A DNA stretch of 64,000 nucleotides from a virus. Lineage: Duplodnaviria; Heunggongvirae; Uroviricota; Caudoviricetes. Position 1 is the stretch's first letter; each line of letters opens with the position of its first letter. This document shows, in pieces, positions 28,532 through 39,151 of this stretch. The notes under the pieces are model-generated. The model worked only from the letters and a program-made list of their open reading frames with translations, was not told the origin of the DNA and ran no database searches. The stretch lies in the IMG/VR virus record IMGVR_UViG_3300028042_000002, positions 66,050 to 130,049 of that record; one strand, 5' to 3'. The translations under genes and the position numbers were made by a program.

Positions 28532-30096
28532 TTATATCCAACAGTAGGGTCATTATAAAATCCTACTGGTGGTAAATCATCTTCAATATTATTACTTTTA
28601 ATCAACTCAGCCCGTGTATTATTATTATACATATCTTTAAAGTATTCCTCATTAGTCAACCATCCAAAACTTACCAACGTCATTACAATATCATCATTTT
28701 TACCTTTTTCGGCACTATAGCTATCTTTATTATTAATTGAAAATGTTTGCAGCTCTGAAATTGTATTTTCATCTTTAATAATAAGTATTTCATTTTCTAT
28801 TAATATTTTAAGATTTGCACACCCAACCTTTTTACTACTTTTAGTCATTTTTAATCCATATTGAATATTTGAACAAAAACCACTACTAATTTTAACTTTA
28901 CCGCCTTTGGAAACAGTAATAATCATGTTTTCATATTCATAATCATAGTATAAACTTCGTGCAACTTCTGCACCAATTGTATTAGTTTCAATAATGGTTA
29001 ATGCCTCGTTATATTCTAATGCAAAATTATTAACAACTTGAGATAATAAAATAGGGGAGATTAGATTATTTCGATATAATGCAACTTGAGTATAAGGTGA
29101 TGATGTAATATCCATAATATTAATAACACTATAATCTAATCCTACACCTTCTGATACGTCAACACATGCTACATAATTATGACCAGCAATAGGTTTTTCA
29201 TATATAGTATAATTATCATTTAATAATAACGGTTGAATATGAGTTAAGTTTTCAATTTTTGAACCTTCTATTAATGTGTTACTACTGCCGAAAAATTCAT
29301 TACCATATTCACGTCTAAATTTAAGTAATCCAATATTTTTAATGGTTTCAGCTTTCCAATCATCATCATAACCTTCATTCTCCCAATAATCGACACGAAT
29401 AGGATTAAATGTGTTATTACCTTGAGTTGCCTCTGTCCACAATTTATAAAATAATTCCATACCATTTGGAGTAGATGAAATTATAAGCTTGGATGTTTTA
29501 CCACTTGAAATCACTGGATATGTAGATGAGTAAAATTCACTAGCATTATCAACCTTAGAAAATTCATCTAAATATAATAAATTATATGCATTACCAACTG
29601 CACTATCAGATGATGTTGCAGATGATAATATTCTTGAACCATTGCCAAATTCTACATCAGTTTTATTCCATATTTCAACCCCACATTGTAAAAAATGAGG
29701 TAAACTTTCATACATTAACTTGATGCCACGTAAGATTTTTTTAGAAACATCTCCTTTATTAGCTAATATTCCTATATATTTATCACTATTAAATATAGCA
29801 TAATGTAAAATATAGGTCATTGTTGTGGTAGTTTTACCCGTTTGCCGAGATGCTAATAATATATTAAATCTATTAGCATTATATTTATTAATAATACGTT
29901 CTTGATATTTCCTCATTACAAACTTTTGAACGCCTTGGTCTAAAGTATGAATTTTGCAATAAGTTTTAGCAAAGTATATAATATCATTAGAGCATTTAAT
30001 ATACTCTGAAATTTGTTTTTTGGTAAGTTTAACCGTTACCCCAGCTTTTTTGAGGTGTGGATTACCATTATAAAATGTATTATTTTTTATAGCCAT
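28528..30096 (-). CDS. gp17: terminase large subunit (T4 gp17-like)
   Basis: Walker A 'SRQTGKTT'. Conserved 'GILANKGD', 'LPHFLQ', 'ISSTPNG' and a C-terminal nuclease region, aligned to T4 gp17. Confidence 0.9.
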   Translation of the reverse strand: MAIKNNTFYNGNPHLKKAGVTVKLTKKQISEYIKCSNDIIYFAKTYCKIHTLDQGVQKFVMRKYQERIINKYNANRFNILLASRQTGKTTTTMTYILHYAIFNSDKYIGILANKGDVSKKILRGIKLMYESLPHFLQCGVEIWNKTDVEFGNGSRILSSATSSDSAVGNAYNLLYLDEFSKVDNASEFYSSTYPVISSGKTSKLIISSTPNGMELFYKLWTEATQGNNTFNPIRVDYWENEGYDDDWKAETIKNIGLLKFRREYGNEFFGSSNTLIEGSKIENLTHIQPLLLNDNYTIYEKPIAGHNYVACVDVSEGVGLDYSVINIMDITSSPYTQVALYRNNLISPILLSQVVNNFALEYNEALTIIETNTIGAEVARSLYYDYEYENMIITVSKGGKVKISSGFCSNIQYGLKMTKSSKKVGCANLKILIENEILIIKDENTISELQTFSINNKDSYSAEKGKNDDIVMTLVSFGWLTNEEYFKDMYNNNTRAELIKSNNIEDDLPPVGFYNDPTVGYN

Positions 30097-30101
30097 AATT
30101 A

Positions 30102-30563
30102 TTAATCTTTTAATCTTTCATAATATTCATGACAATTTAATATGAATGGTTTTAATATTGGTAAATTGTTAATATCACCTTTAAACTCTGTTGATAATGT
30201 AATATGAGGATTATAAGCTGGGTATGGATGAGTAAAATTATACTTAGTTTTCAAGTAGTTATGACGTTTTTGTAATGTAACACTTTCAAAACTAATAACA
30301 AGAGTATTCTCACCAAATATCTCATAATTAGGGTTATTAATTTTAATACCTTTATTATAGTAATCTAATTCTATAACATGATTTATATGATGGTTTACAT
30401 TGAAAAAGGTTGAACTTTCATCATAAATAATTGTAGTGTGGATATCATTAATATTTGATAAATTTTCTATATTTTTATAAGGTGATAAGTCAAAATTAGT
30501 ATATTTAACGGCACAGTAAAATCCTAAAGGTGTATAATTCATGGCTCTCGTGTTGAATAACAT
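30102..30563 (-). CDS. 2H phosphoesterase (two HxT motifs); Acb1-like anti-CBASS cyclic-nucleotide phosphodiesterase candidate
   Basis: 'IHTTIIY' (H42) and 'PHITLST' (H120). 153 aa, close to the T4 Acb1 size. Sits where gp16 would be expected. Confidence 0.55.
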   Translation of the reverse strand: MLFNTRAMNYTPLGFYCAVKYTNFDLSPYKNIENLSNINDIHTTIIYDESSTFFNVNHHINHVIELDYYNKGIKINNPNYEIFGENTLVISFESVTLQKRHNYLKTKYNFTHPYPAYNPHITLSTEFKGDINNLPILKPFILNCHEYYERLKD

Positions 30564-30605
30564 TTAAAAAGTAGTATTAATATTTATAATAAGAGGCTTA
30601 AGATA

Positions 30606-33600
30606 TTGAAACAGTACTTAAATATAACCCAAATTAAGAATAAAATTTATCATAAATATATTGATGAAAATGCTCAAAGGCAGGTAGAATTTACAGATAT
30701 TAAACCTGAATTATTCGTTAAAACCAATAGTGATTATGAAACAGATTATAAAAGTTTTAATGGTGGATATCTTGATAAAGTTGATTTTAATTCTATTAAA
30801 CATGCTCAATCATTTGTATATGAATATAAAGACCATATAGGATTTGATATTTACGGCAATCGTAACTACTGGGCGCAATTTATACATGAATACTACCCTG
30901 ATATTATTAATTATAATAAATCATTATTAAATGTAGTTTCATTAGATATTGAAAATTTGATAGGAGATGGTCGAACGTCACCAACAGAAAGTGCAATGTT
31001 AGCTAAAAATGAAATCACAGTAATTACACTTGGATATAATGGTAAATATTTCACTTTTACAACTAAACCATTTGAAAACAATGATAAAAATGTAATCCAT
31101 ACTCAAGCAAAATCGGAACAAGAATTATTATATAACTTTTTAATGAAATGGCGTGAAATTGACCCCGATATTATTACAGGGTGGTTTATAGACCAATATG
31201 ATATACCATATATTGTAAATAGAATTAGAAACTTGTTAGGTGATAAATATGTTAAATGGTTAAGTCCAAGCGGTAAACAATTTGTGGGGGATGATAGTGT
31301 AAAATACAATGATTATATTCATGATAATAAACATTATGATATATTAGGTATTACAACTTTAGACTACCTTGCAATGTACAAGAAATTTACATTCACTAAA
31401 CGTGAAAAATATTCATTAGATTTTATATCTCATATTGAATTGGGTAAAAATAAGCTAGATTATTCGGAGTATAGTAATTTAGATGATATGTATAATAATA
31501 ATCCACAAAAATACTTTGATTATAATATTATAGATGTAAAATTAATTGATGAGCTTGATGAAAAGTTAAACCTTATCGAATTATGCTTAAACCTTAGCTA
31601 TAAAAGTAAGATTAACTTTGATAAAGTATTTTCACAGGTTCAAATGTGGGATAGTTATATTTATCATGAATTAATGAAAGATAATATTATTATACCACCA
31701 AAGCAAGACCATAATAAATCAGAAAAATATGAAGGTGCGGCAGTAATTGAACCTAAAATTGGTTTGCATAATTGGGTAGTATCATACGACCTTGATGGAC
31801 TTTATCCACATTTAATGATGCAATATAATATTTCACCTGAAACAATCAGAAAAATATTGGATGGTGTAACAGTTGATAAATTGTTAAATAAATCTATAAA
31901 TGTTAATGAATTATTAGAAGGTGATGACGATTTAACATTATGTGCCAATGGTGTGACATTTAGTAAAACTGGTGGAATTATTCCTAAATTAATGAGGGAT
32001 ATTTATAAAGAACGGAAAGAAGTTAAGCAACAAATGTTGAAATATGAACAAATGTTAACAAATGATAAGAATAACAAAGAGTTACAGAATTTATATAGTA
32101 AATGTAAGGTTACTCAAATGGGATTAAAAGTATTTTTAAATTCATGTTATGGGATGCTAGGTAATCAATATTCAAGGTATTATAATATTAATATTGCCGA
32201 AGCTATCACTTTAAGTGGACAATTATCATTAATGTGGATTAAAAATGATATGAATACACAATTAAATAAAGAATTTAAAAATGTTGATGCTGATTATATT
32301 ATTGCGGGTGATAGTGTAGGTTATGAAAGTGAAGTTCATATTAGAAAACTTTTAAATAATGGTAATTATGATTATAAATCTATTAAAATTAATGAATTAT
32401 TTAATATGGTTGATATTGATAATAAATATTTAAATGATGATAAAGGTAAGCAAAGAATATTCAATATGCAAGGTTGGGAGACTTTAACTTACGATGAAAC
32501 AATTCATGAAAATTGCTATAAACCTATTAAATATATTTATCGTCATAAAGTAGATAAGCCAATTTGGAAAGTAAATATTAATAATTGCGAACATATTATT
32601 GTTACGGATGACCATAGTTTAATGGGATATGTCAATACTAAAAATAGATTAAATCATAAGTCTTCAATATTTAAGCGTGTTAAAGTTAAAGAATTAAACA
32701 AGACATCCTTAATTCAAAATAAACATTTGAAAATTCCATTATTAGAGTATGATAATATTGATAGTGATGAAGTGTTGAAATATCAATTCTTAGGTTACAT
32801 GTTGGCTGATGGTAATTATAATCATAAAATGTGTGAATTGAGTGTTGGAATTCAAGATGTTAATGAAATTGAAATTAAATTATTTAAACCATTATTAAAA
32901 GCTAACTTAATTACACGATATACAATCAGAGAAAATCGCCACGATGTTAGGATATATGGTGTAAATATGTTTAATTTTTGTGGTGATATTTGCAATAGAA
33001 CTGGAAAGTTAGAAACTTTGACAAATATTGAAAATTTAGAAGAATATAAAATTAAAGCTTTTTTAAGCGGGTATTTCACTGGAGATGGTCATGCTGGAGT
33101 AACTAACATAAAAGTTTCATCTATACATAAAAATATAATATTAAAAATTAAACGATTATTATTATTAATTAATATTTCTAGCACAATCTTTAAAGATAAC
33201 ACTGAAAATTCTTATAATGGCGTATTTAGTGGAACATTTAATTATGTATTAGTAATAAAAAGTGATTTTAATGAGGTTGCATTTATCTTAAACCGTAAAA
33301 ATGATTATAAAGATTATAATGATACCCCACGTAGAAGATATTTTAAAAAAAATGGATATAATTTTACTCTATCAACAATTAAAAATATAACACCTGTTAA
33401 TAATTACAATGAATTTGTTTATGATATTGAAGTTGAAGACACCCATACATTTTATGCTAATGATTTATTAGTTCATAATACCGACAGTATTTACACTACA
33501 TTTAACCCAATAGTTAAAAACTATGATGATAATTTATCTAACCATGAAATCACTATTAAATTAGATAAATTTTCAAAGTCTAAAATTCAACCAATGATTA

Positions 33601-34295
33601 ACCAATCTTACATAAATTTAGCAGAATATATGCACGCTAAAGAACAAAAAATGAATATGAGTAGAGAAGTTATTGCTAGTCGTGGAATTTGGAGAAAGAA
33701 GAAAAATTATGCTTTAGATGTTTATAATAGTGAAGGTGTAATTTATAATCCACCAAAATTAAAAATCATGGGGTTGGAAAGTGTAAAATCATCAACTCCT
33801 CAATTATGCAGAATTGCTATTACTAAAATTATTGAAATCATGTTACGTGAAGATGAACTAACTTTACAAGAATTTGTATCAAAATTTAAAATAGAATTTA
33901 ATAATGCTCCACTTGAAGATATTGCCAAACCAACAGGGGTTAATGATATCGTAAAATGGGATTATGATGATAAATTTAATAAATGGGGATTTACAACTAG
34001 AACACCTGCTCACGTTAAAGCTAGTATTACATACAATAGATTAATTGATGAATTAGATTTATACACTAAATATAAAACTATTAATAATGGTGATAAGATA
34101 AAATATTTATATTTATTAAAAAGTAATCCACTTTTCACAAATACAATAGGGTTTCCTGATGTTCTACCATCTGAATTTAAACTTAATGAATATATTGACT
34201 ATAATAATCAATTTTATGTTACATTTAAAAAGCCATTGGATAGTTTATGCAATATAATAAATTGGAAATCTGAAAAACTTAAAACATTTTTTTAA
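30606..34295 (+). CDS. gp43: family B DNA polymerase (T4 gp43-like) containing an intein
   Basis: Exo motifs ('LDIENL'), 'GWFIDQYDIPYIVNR', 'SLYPHLMMQYNISPETI'. Motif C is split: ..IIAGD|intein|TDSIYT. Confidence 0.9.
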   Translation: MKQYLNITQIKNKIYHKYIDENAQRQVEFTDIKPELFVKTNSDYETDYKSFNGGYLDKVDFNSIKHAQSFVYEYKDHIGFDIYGNRNYWAQFIHEYYPDIINYNKSLLNVVSLDIENLIGDGRTSPTESAMLAKNEITVITLGYNGKYFTFTTKPFENNDKNVIHTQAKSEQELLYNFLMKWREIDPDIITGWFIDQYDIPYIVNRIRNLLGDKYVKWLSPSGKQFVGDDSVKYNDYIHDNKHYDILGITTLDYLAMYKKFTFTKREKYSLDFISHIELGKNKLDYSEYSNLDDMYNNNPQKYFDYNIIDVKLIDELDEKLNLIELCLNLSYKSKINFDKVFSQVQMWDSYIYHELMKDNIIIPPKQDHNKSEKYEGAAVIEPKIGLHNWVVSYDLDGLYPHLMMQYNISPETIRKILDGVTVDKLLNKSINVNELLEGDDDLTLCANGVTFSKTGGIIPKLMRDIYKERKEVKQQMLKYEQMLTNDKNNKELQNLYSKCKVTQMGLKVFLNSCYGMLGNQYSRYYNINIAEAITLSGQLSLMWIKNDMNTQLNKEFKNVDADYIIAGDSVGYESEVHIRKLLNNGNYDYKSIKINELFNMVDIDNKYLNDDKGKQRIFNMQGWETLTYDETIHENCYKPIKYIYRHKVDKPIWKVNINNCEHIIVTDDHSLMGYVNTKNRLNHKSSIFKRVKVKELNKTSLIQNKHLKIPLLEYDNIDSDEVLKYQFLGYMLADGNYNHKMCELSVGIQDVNEIEIKLFKPLLKANLITRYTIRENRHDVRIYGVNMFNFCGDICNRTGKLETLTNIENLEEYKIKAFLSGYFTGDGHAGVTNIKVSSIHKNIILKIKRLLLLINISSTIFKDNTENSYNGVFSGTFNYVLVIKSDFNEVAFILNRKNDYKDYNDTPRRRYFKKNGYNFTLSTIKNITPVNNYNEFVYDIEVEDTHTFYANDLLVHNTDSIYTTFNPIVKNYDDNLSNHEITIKLDKFSKSKIQPMINQSYINLAEYMHAKEQKMNMSREVIASRGIWRKKKNYALDVYNSEGVIYNPPKLKIMGLESVKSSTPQLCRIAITKIIEIMLREDELTLQEFVSKFKIEFNNAPLEDIAKPTGVNDIVKWDYDDKFNKWGFTTRTPAHVKASITYNRLIDELDLYTKYKTINNGDKIKYLYLLKSNPLFTNTIGFPDVLPSEFKLNEYIDYNNQFYVTFKKPLDSLCNIINWKSEKLKTFF
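32313..33479 (+). mobile_element. intein (389 aa) with LAGLIDADG homing endonuclease, inserted in DNA polymerase motif C (DTDS)
   Basis: Starts with Ser after AGD. Block B 'IIVTDDHSLMGY'. LAGLIDADG motifs 'FLGYMLADGNY' and 'FLSGYFTGDGH'. Blocks F/G 'VYDIEVEDTHTFYANDLLVHN', followed by +1 Thr. Confidence 0.85.
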
Positions 34296-34308
34296 AGGTA
34301 AATAAATT

Positions 34309-34602
34309 ATGAAAGAATATAGAATTAAAGTAACAGTAAAAAATATATCATATGGTGATATATTATATATAAGTACCTATTATATTGAACATTTAACATG
34401 GTCTGTTGATAATCTTAATATTTGTAAAAATAATCTTAAAATATTAAAAAATGGATATTTAGAAAATTTAAATATGATTAGTATACTTGATAATAAAGGT
34501 AATTTAGTTAAAGTTCGGCAAATTTGGCGTGATTATGATAAGCAATTAATTAGATTTGATATAGAATTAATTGATGATGACTTAACATTTATTGTAGAGT
34601 AA
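34309..34602 (+). CDS. hypothetical protein
   Basis: ORF after an AAAGGTAAAT RBS. Confidence 0.4.
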   Translation: MKEYRIKVTVKNISYGDILYISTYYIEHLTWSVDNLNICKNNLKILKNGYLENLNMISILDNKGNLVKVRQIWRDYDKQLIRFDIELIDDDLTFIVE

Positions 34603-34802
34603 ATAAATTATGAAATAATTACTTCCAATCGATACATTAATAACTAAACTTGAATTATTTAAAATCACTTACATTCAAGCAGAAATTGATAGATTATCAA
34701 CTCGTCAACGAAAATTAAAATCTTAAAAGTGAAAGGAAATTTAACATATATTTATTAATGTATCAAGTAGAATTTAAACGTAAAATTCTAGACAAAATCA
34801 AC

Positions 34803-35273
34803 TTACTTTAAATCATAATATTTACCATAATTATCAACCCTACTTTCATTTAGTTTTGGATTATGGTAATAAACTCTACAAATATTTTCATTATAATAAA
34901 CACGTTCCCCATTTGTATCAACCTTCTCCAAAACTTCTAATAATATTTGTAACCGCACTTCATTATAATTTAAATCTCCCCTATCTGAATGTAAGCTAAT
35001 TATTTCACGTTTAAAATTACCTTTACCAAATTTGGTAATATCATCATTTAAATATTTACAACTTCCATAATATTTTTCCCAGTTTGATTGCTTTACAACT
35101 CTTCTTTTACGTTTATATCCTTTCAATGGTGGTAATAGTTTTTGACTATGGAATAACTTTTTGCCAATATATTTCATACCATTAACTTTATTAGTGATAA
35201 TATATATAAATCCTTTATAATTATTAATGTCATCTATAGTGAAATCTTGATTATTATATTGCCACGCTTTCAT
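34803..35273 (-). CDS. GIY-YIG homing endonuclease (Seg-like)
   Basis: 'GFIYIITNKVNGMKYIGKK' GIY-YIG motif. Lone minus-strand gene between plus-strand genes. Confidence 0.55.
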   Translation of the reverse strand: MKAWQYNNQDFTIDDINNYKGFIYIITNKVNGMKYIGKKLFHSQKLLPPLKGYKRKRRVVKQSNWEKYYGSCKYLNDDITKFGKGNFKREIISLHSDRGDLNYNEVRLQILLEVLEKVDTNGERVYYNENICRVYYHNPKLNESRVDNYGKYYDLK

Positions 35274-35383
35274 AAATTAATTACCTTTAAATTGTGATTA
35301 TTGTCTTAATATTTATAGTAATAATGATAAAATATTATATACTAATGGTTCATTATATCACACACAAAGAGAGTACTTAAATA

Positions 35384-35677
35384 ATGAAACCCACATTAAT
35401 ACTACAAACATATAATAAAAATGATGAATTATGTAATCACAATAAACAAACTGGGTTATTTAATAATATTATTAAATTTGAACTTGGCGTAGATATTACA
35501 TGTGAAGATGAATTTATCATTAAAGTAAATTCAAATAGTCATAATTCTAATTATTATATAAATTTAGTCCCATTTGATTGGGATATTGGTGTAAATGATA
35601 TAGAATACAGTAAAATAAATAATATGATTGAATTAATAATTATGGCTAAAACTGAAAGATTTTCTATTACGTACTAA
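35384..35677 (+). CDS. hypothetical protein
   Basis: ORF. Confidence 0.4.
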   Translation: MKPTLILQTYNKNDELCNHNKQTGLFNNIIKFELGVDITCEDEFIIKVNSNSHNSNYYINLVPFDWDIGVNDIEYSKINNMIELIIMAKTERFSITY

Positions 35678-35689
35678 AGGTGTATTAAA

Positions 35690-36844
35690 ATGAAACAAAG
35701 AATGATTAAATTTCCAAAAATTACAGATTTTATTTCAACTGTTAAAAATATCAGATTTATGGCTCAATACAATGGTCAAGATGAAATCAATAAAGCAATT
35801 ATTGATTATAATACACCATTGCCATCAAATTTAAAATATCATGCAACTGAAAAAATTCATGGTACTAATGCAGGTGTGTCATATAATAATAAATTAGGAT
35901 ATTGGGTTCAAAGTCGTAATAATATTTTAACAATTGAACGAGATAATGCAGGATGTTATTTATTTTCAATGAAACGTAAATCTAATTTTATTAATATTAT
36001 CAATAACTTAGCTGAATATTATAACATTGATTTAGATGTTGATATTATTACAATATTTTTTGAATTTGCGGGTGGAAATATTCAATCTTATAGTGCCTTA
36101 TCAAATTATGATGATAAAGTTGCAATTATATTTTCACATTTTAAAGTGTCTCCAATAGTTGAAGAAGTTAATGGACATACAACTAAATATTCACAATTAT
36201 ATAATGGAAGATGGGAAAGTACTAAAGCTTATAATGATAATGAAAATTCTATTTATAATATCAATAATTTTAAAAGTTATGAAGGTGTAATTGACGTTAA
36301 TGATATTAATAAAAGTGTCGCAGAATTTAATAATATTATCGCAAAGTTAGAAGATAATTCGCCCGTTGGTCAATCATTTGGAATTGATGGCAATATTGGT
36401 GAAGGTGTCGTAGTATCATTAATTTATAATAATAGATTAATCAGATTTAAAGTAAAAGGAAGTAAGCATAGTAAATCCAAGGTTAAAACATTAACACCAG
36501 TTGATGATAAATTAGAACAACGTAAAATTGACTTTTGTAATAAGTTTACTTGCACACCCGAAAGATTAGAACAATTTTATCAACAATTATTACATGAAAA
36601 CAATAATGATATATCTATGAAGAATTTCGGTAGTTATATTAAATATGTAATGAAAGATATTGCAGTTGAAGAATGCGACAACCTTATTGAAAATGAATTA
36701 AATATGAAAATGATTAATAAGTATGCGGTAGGAATGATTAAAAGTTATTATGTTGACCAGCTTTACGCTAATATTGCAATTAAAAATATTAATGAAGGGT
36801 TAGTCAGTGAAGAAGAAAGTAAAAATCTTATGAATGGTATTTAA
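35690..36844 (+). CDS. rnlB: RNA ligase 2 family (T4 Rnl2-like)
   Basis: Motif I 'EKIHGTN', motif IV 'GEGVVV', motif V 'KFKVKGSKHSK'. Confidence 0.75.
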   Translation: MKQRMIKFPKITDFISTVKNIRFMAQYNGQDEINKAIIDYNTPLPSNLKYHATEKIHGTNAGVSYNNKLGYWVQSRNNILTIERDNAGCYLFSMKRKSNFINIINNLAEYYNIDLDVDIITIFFEFAGGNIQSYSALSNYDDKVAIIFSHFKVSPIVEEVNGHTTKYSQLYNGRWESTKAYNDNENSIYNINNFKSYEGVIDVNDINKSVAEFNNIIAKLEDNSPVGQSFGIDGNIGEGVVVSLIYNNRLIRFKVKGSKHSKSKVKTLTPVDDKLEQRKIDFCNKFTCTPERLEQFYQQLLHENNNDISMKNFGSYIKYVMKDIAVEECDNLIENELNMKMINKYAVGMIKSYYVDQLYANIAIKNINEGLVSEEESKNLMNGI

Positions 36845-36930
36845 TATCATCAACTCCAACAAAATTAAAGGGTAAATTAAAAATGAATATTAATATTATT
36901 GAATTATCATATACAAGAAAAGATTAAAAT

Positions 36931-37422
36931 ATGAAAACTTTATTATTCCACAAAGAAATATCATTTAAACGTGCTATCAAAATTCCAATATTTAAATCTA
37001 CATTAATAAATAAATTGCACCCGTTTATAGATTGGGAATTATGTACATTTGATATTAAAATACATAAACTTAATAAAGGTGATTGTCCATGTCGTCCAAT
37101 TTGGCATTATGATGGACATAATGATCCATTTAATACACCTTTAAATTATTATATGTTATTTTTACAGGGCAATGCTGAGTGTAAAACTAAATTCTTTAAG
37201 AATGAACCACCATTAAAATGTGAAAATACTGAACGTAGTATCCACAATTTAGCCAAGTTTTATGAAAATATAATAGGTAAAACTGGTATAATACAACTTG
37301 ATTACAATAAATGTAATTACTATACAAATAAACAACTTCACCAAGCTGATTATAGTCAAAATAATGGTGAAAGGTTGTTAATCCGAGCAAACTTAAAAAG
37401 GTTAATAAAAAATGAATATTAA
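36931..37422 (+). CDS. hypothetical Cys/His-rich protein (weak 2OG-Fe(II) oxygenase-like HxD)
   Basis: 'IWHYDGHND'. Low confidence. Confidence 0.3.
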   Translation: MKTLLFHKEISFKRAIKIPIFKSTLINKLHPFIDWELCTFDIKIHKLNKGDCPCRPIWHYDGHNDPFNTPLNYYMLFLQGNAECKTKFFKNEPPLKCENTERSIHNLAKFYENIIGKTGIIQLDYNKCNYYTNKQLHQADYSQNNGERLLIRANLKRLIKNEY

Positions 37423-37777
37423 TATTATTGCATTATCATATACAAGAAAAGATAATCTTATTGAAGTGTCAAGAGATATGGCAAGACTTATTTTTAATAC
37501 TAAACAATATAATAATGTACATTTATTTGGAAGGGTGCTTATTAAAGAGGTTAGTATTATTGATAGTATTATAATTAAATATCCATTATTGGATAATAAT
37601 ACTTATAATATTTTTATTGTGGAAAATGAACCAGATATGATTATTAACATCAACTCGTTAAATATTAACTATTCTAATTATACAATTATTAATGTTGCAG
37701 ATTATGAAATCCATAACACAGATGCACTAACAACAATTACTGATATTATTTCTCAAAGTGAAGGTAAATTAAAATGA
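37412..37777 (+). CDS. hypothetical protein
   Basis: ORF. Confidence 0.4.
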   Translation: MNINIIALSYTRKDNLIEVSRDMARLIFNTKQYNNVHLFGRVLIKEVSIIDSIIIKYPLLDNNTYNIFIVENEPDMIININSLNINYSNYTIINVADYEIHNTDALTTITDIISQSEGKLK

Positions 37778-38295
37778 ATGTAGAACAATTTAATAAAGAA
37801 AATAAATTAAATTTAGAGTTATTGATTTCTAAAATTATAAACAAAGTTGTAAATTTAAAAGAGGTTGCCAAGTTGAAACAATTAGTTCCATCATTAAATA
37901 ACATTATTATTGGTTATGGTTGGTCAGGTTTCAATGATGGTGATGCTGAATATCCAATTATCCAAGGATTATTTAATTTTGATATTGATTGTGATTATGA
38001 TATTGGAGTTATCGATGATTTAGATGATATTAGATACAGGTGTGTTAATGGTGATGGGTTTGAAGTGTTTCAACATGTTAAGTTCGGTAAAAGATTTGTA
38101 TATGAATTATCAAAATTAACCAAATCAGATAAAACTAGATTTTGTAAATTATATGAAGATATTTCAGACGCATTAATATTTGTAGTTGAGAATACAAAAG
38201 AAGTTGGTGAATTATTAACAATTAAGATTGGTAAAAACTTAAATAAAAATGGTAAGTTTGTAAATTCTGTATATGTTAAAAATAAAATAAATTAA
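37774..38295 (+). CDS. hypothetical protein
   Basis: ORF. Confidence 0.4.
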   Translation: MNVEQFNKENKLNLELLISKIINKVVNLKEVAKLKQLVPSLNNIIIGYGWSGFNDGDAEYPIIQGLFNFDIDCDYDIGVIDDLDDIRYRCVNGDGFEVFQHVKFGKRFVYELSKLTKSDKTRFCKLYEDISDALIFVVENTKEVGELLTIKIGKNLNKNGKFVNSVYVKNKIN

Positions 38296-38306
38296 GGTAA
38301 ATTAAA

Positions 38307-38897
38307 ATGAACAAAATAAATAAATTATTAGTATTGGTAGATGATGATTACCAAACAGTCGAACTTAGAAATTATTTAGATGATTTTAAAAATGTAAAAG
38401 ACTATTCAATTTACAATTATAATGATTATAGTGGTGATTATTGGTTAGACACTTTATTTATTATTATAACAAAAAGAATTGGAGTAGTTAATGATGTAAA
38501 AAATCATAGTAATATTGTAACCATTAATGAAAATGATATAAAAAATGATGAACTTTACAATATATTACTTGACATTATAAAGCCATTTGAATTTAACCAA
38601 CTTAAATCGGGTATTAAAAATGATGAAAATAAACTAAGATGGTCATTATTACCAATCAAGCAAGTTGAAACAGTTGTAAAAGTTCTTCAAAAAGGTTCAA
38701 TTAAATATAGTGATGATAATTGGCAGAAAGTTGATAATTTTGAAAATCGTTATTATGATGCAATGATGAGACATTTAACATCTTGGAAGAATGGGGAACG
38801 GTTAGATCCTGAAACTAAATTACCACATTTGGCACATGCTATTTGTAATGGATTATTTTTAATGTGGTTTGATGATAATAAAAAGGTGAATAAATAA
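38307..38897 (+). CDS. DUF550/dATP-dGTP pyrophosphohydrolase-like (MazG-like all-alpha NTP-PPase) domain protein
   Basis: 'RWSLLP...KYSDDNW...RYYDAMMRHL..W..GERLDPETKLPHLAHAICNGLFL'. Confidence 0.45.
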   Translation: MNKINKLLVLVDDDYQTVELRNYLDDFKNVKDYSIYNYNDYSGDYWLDTLFIIITKRIGVVNDVKNHSNIVTINENDIKNDELYNILLDIIKPFEFNQLKSGIKNDENKLRWSLLPIKQVETVVKVLQKGSIKYSDDNWQKVDNFENRYYDAMMRHLTSWKNGERLDPETKLPHLAHAICNGLFLMWFDDNKKVNK

Positions 38898-39151
38898 TGG
38901 TAAAATTTATAAATATAGCAGGTGTAACATTAATTAAAACTTGCAATCTTATTGAAATATCATTAACTCTTGAAAATTCTTTAAGATTTTTGTATAGTGA
39001 TACTGAAAAGATTACGGTTATTGAATGTCCTTCAAGTGTTGATAATGTAAAAGAGCTTGAAAGAATTAATAAACTTTTAAATTATGTTGATAATATTGAA
39101 GATGTTCCGTTGGAAGTTGAAGCACCTAAATTTAGTGTTTTTCGGTGGTAA
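38897..39151 (+). CDS. hypothetical protein
   Basis: ORF. Confidence 0.35.
   Translation: MVKFINIAGVTLIKTCNLIEISLTLENSLRFLYSDTEKITVIECPSSVDNVKELERINKLLNYVDNIEDVPLEVEAPKFSVFRW

Noticed and set aside
30102-30563. Calling this ORF the terminase small subunit (gp16) because of its position upstream of gp17
   Set aside because: The sequence shows two HxT 2H-phosphoesterase motifs and no gp16-like features.
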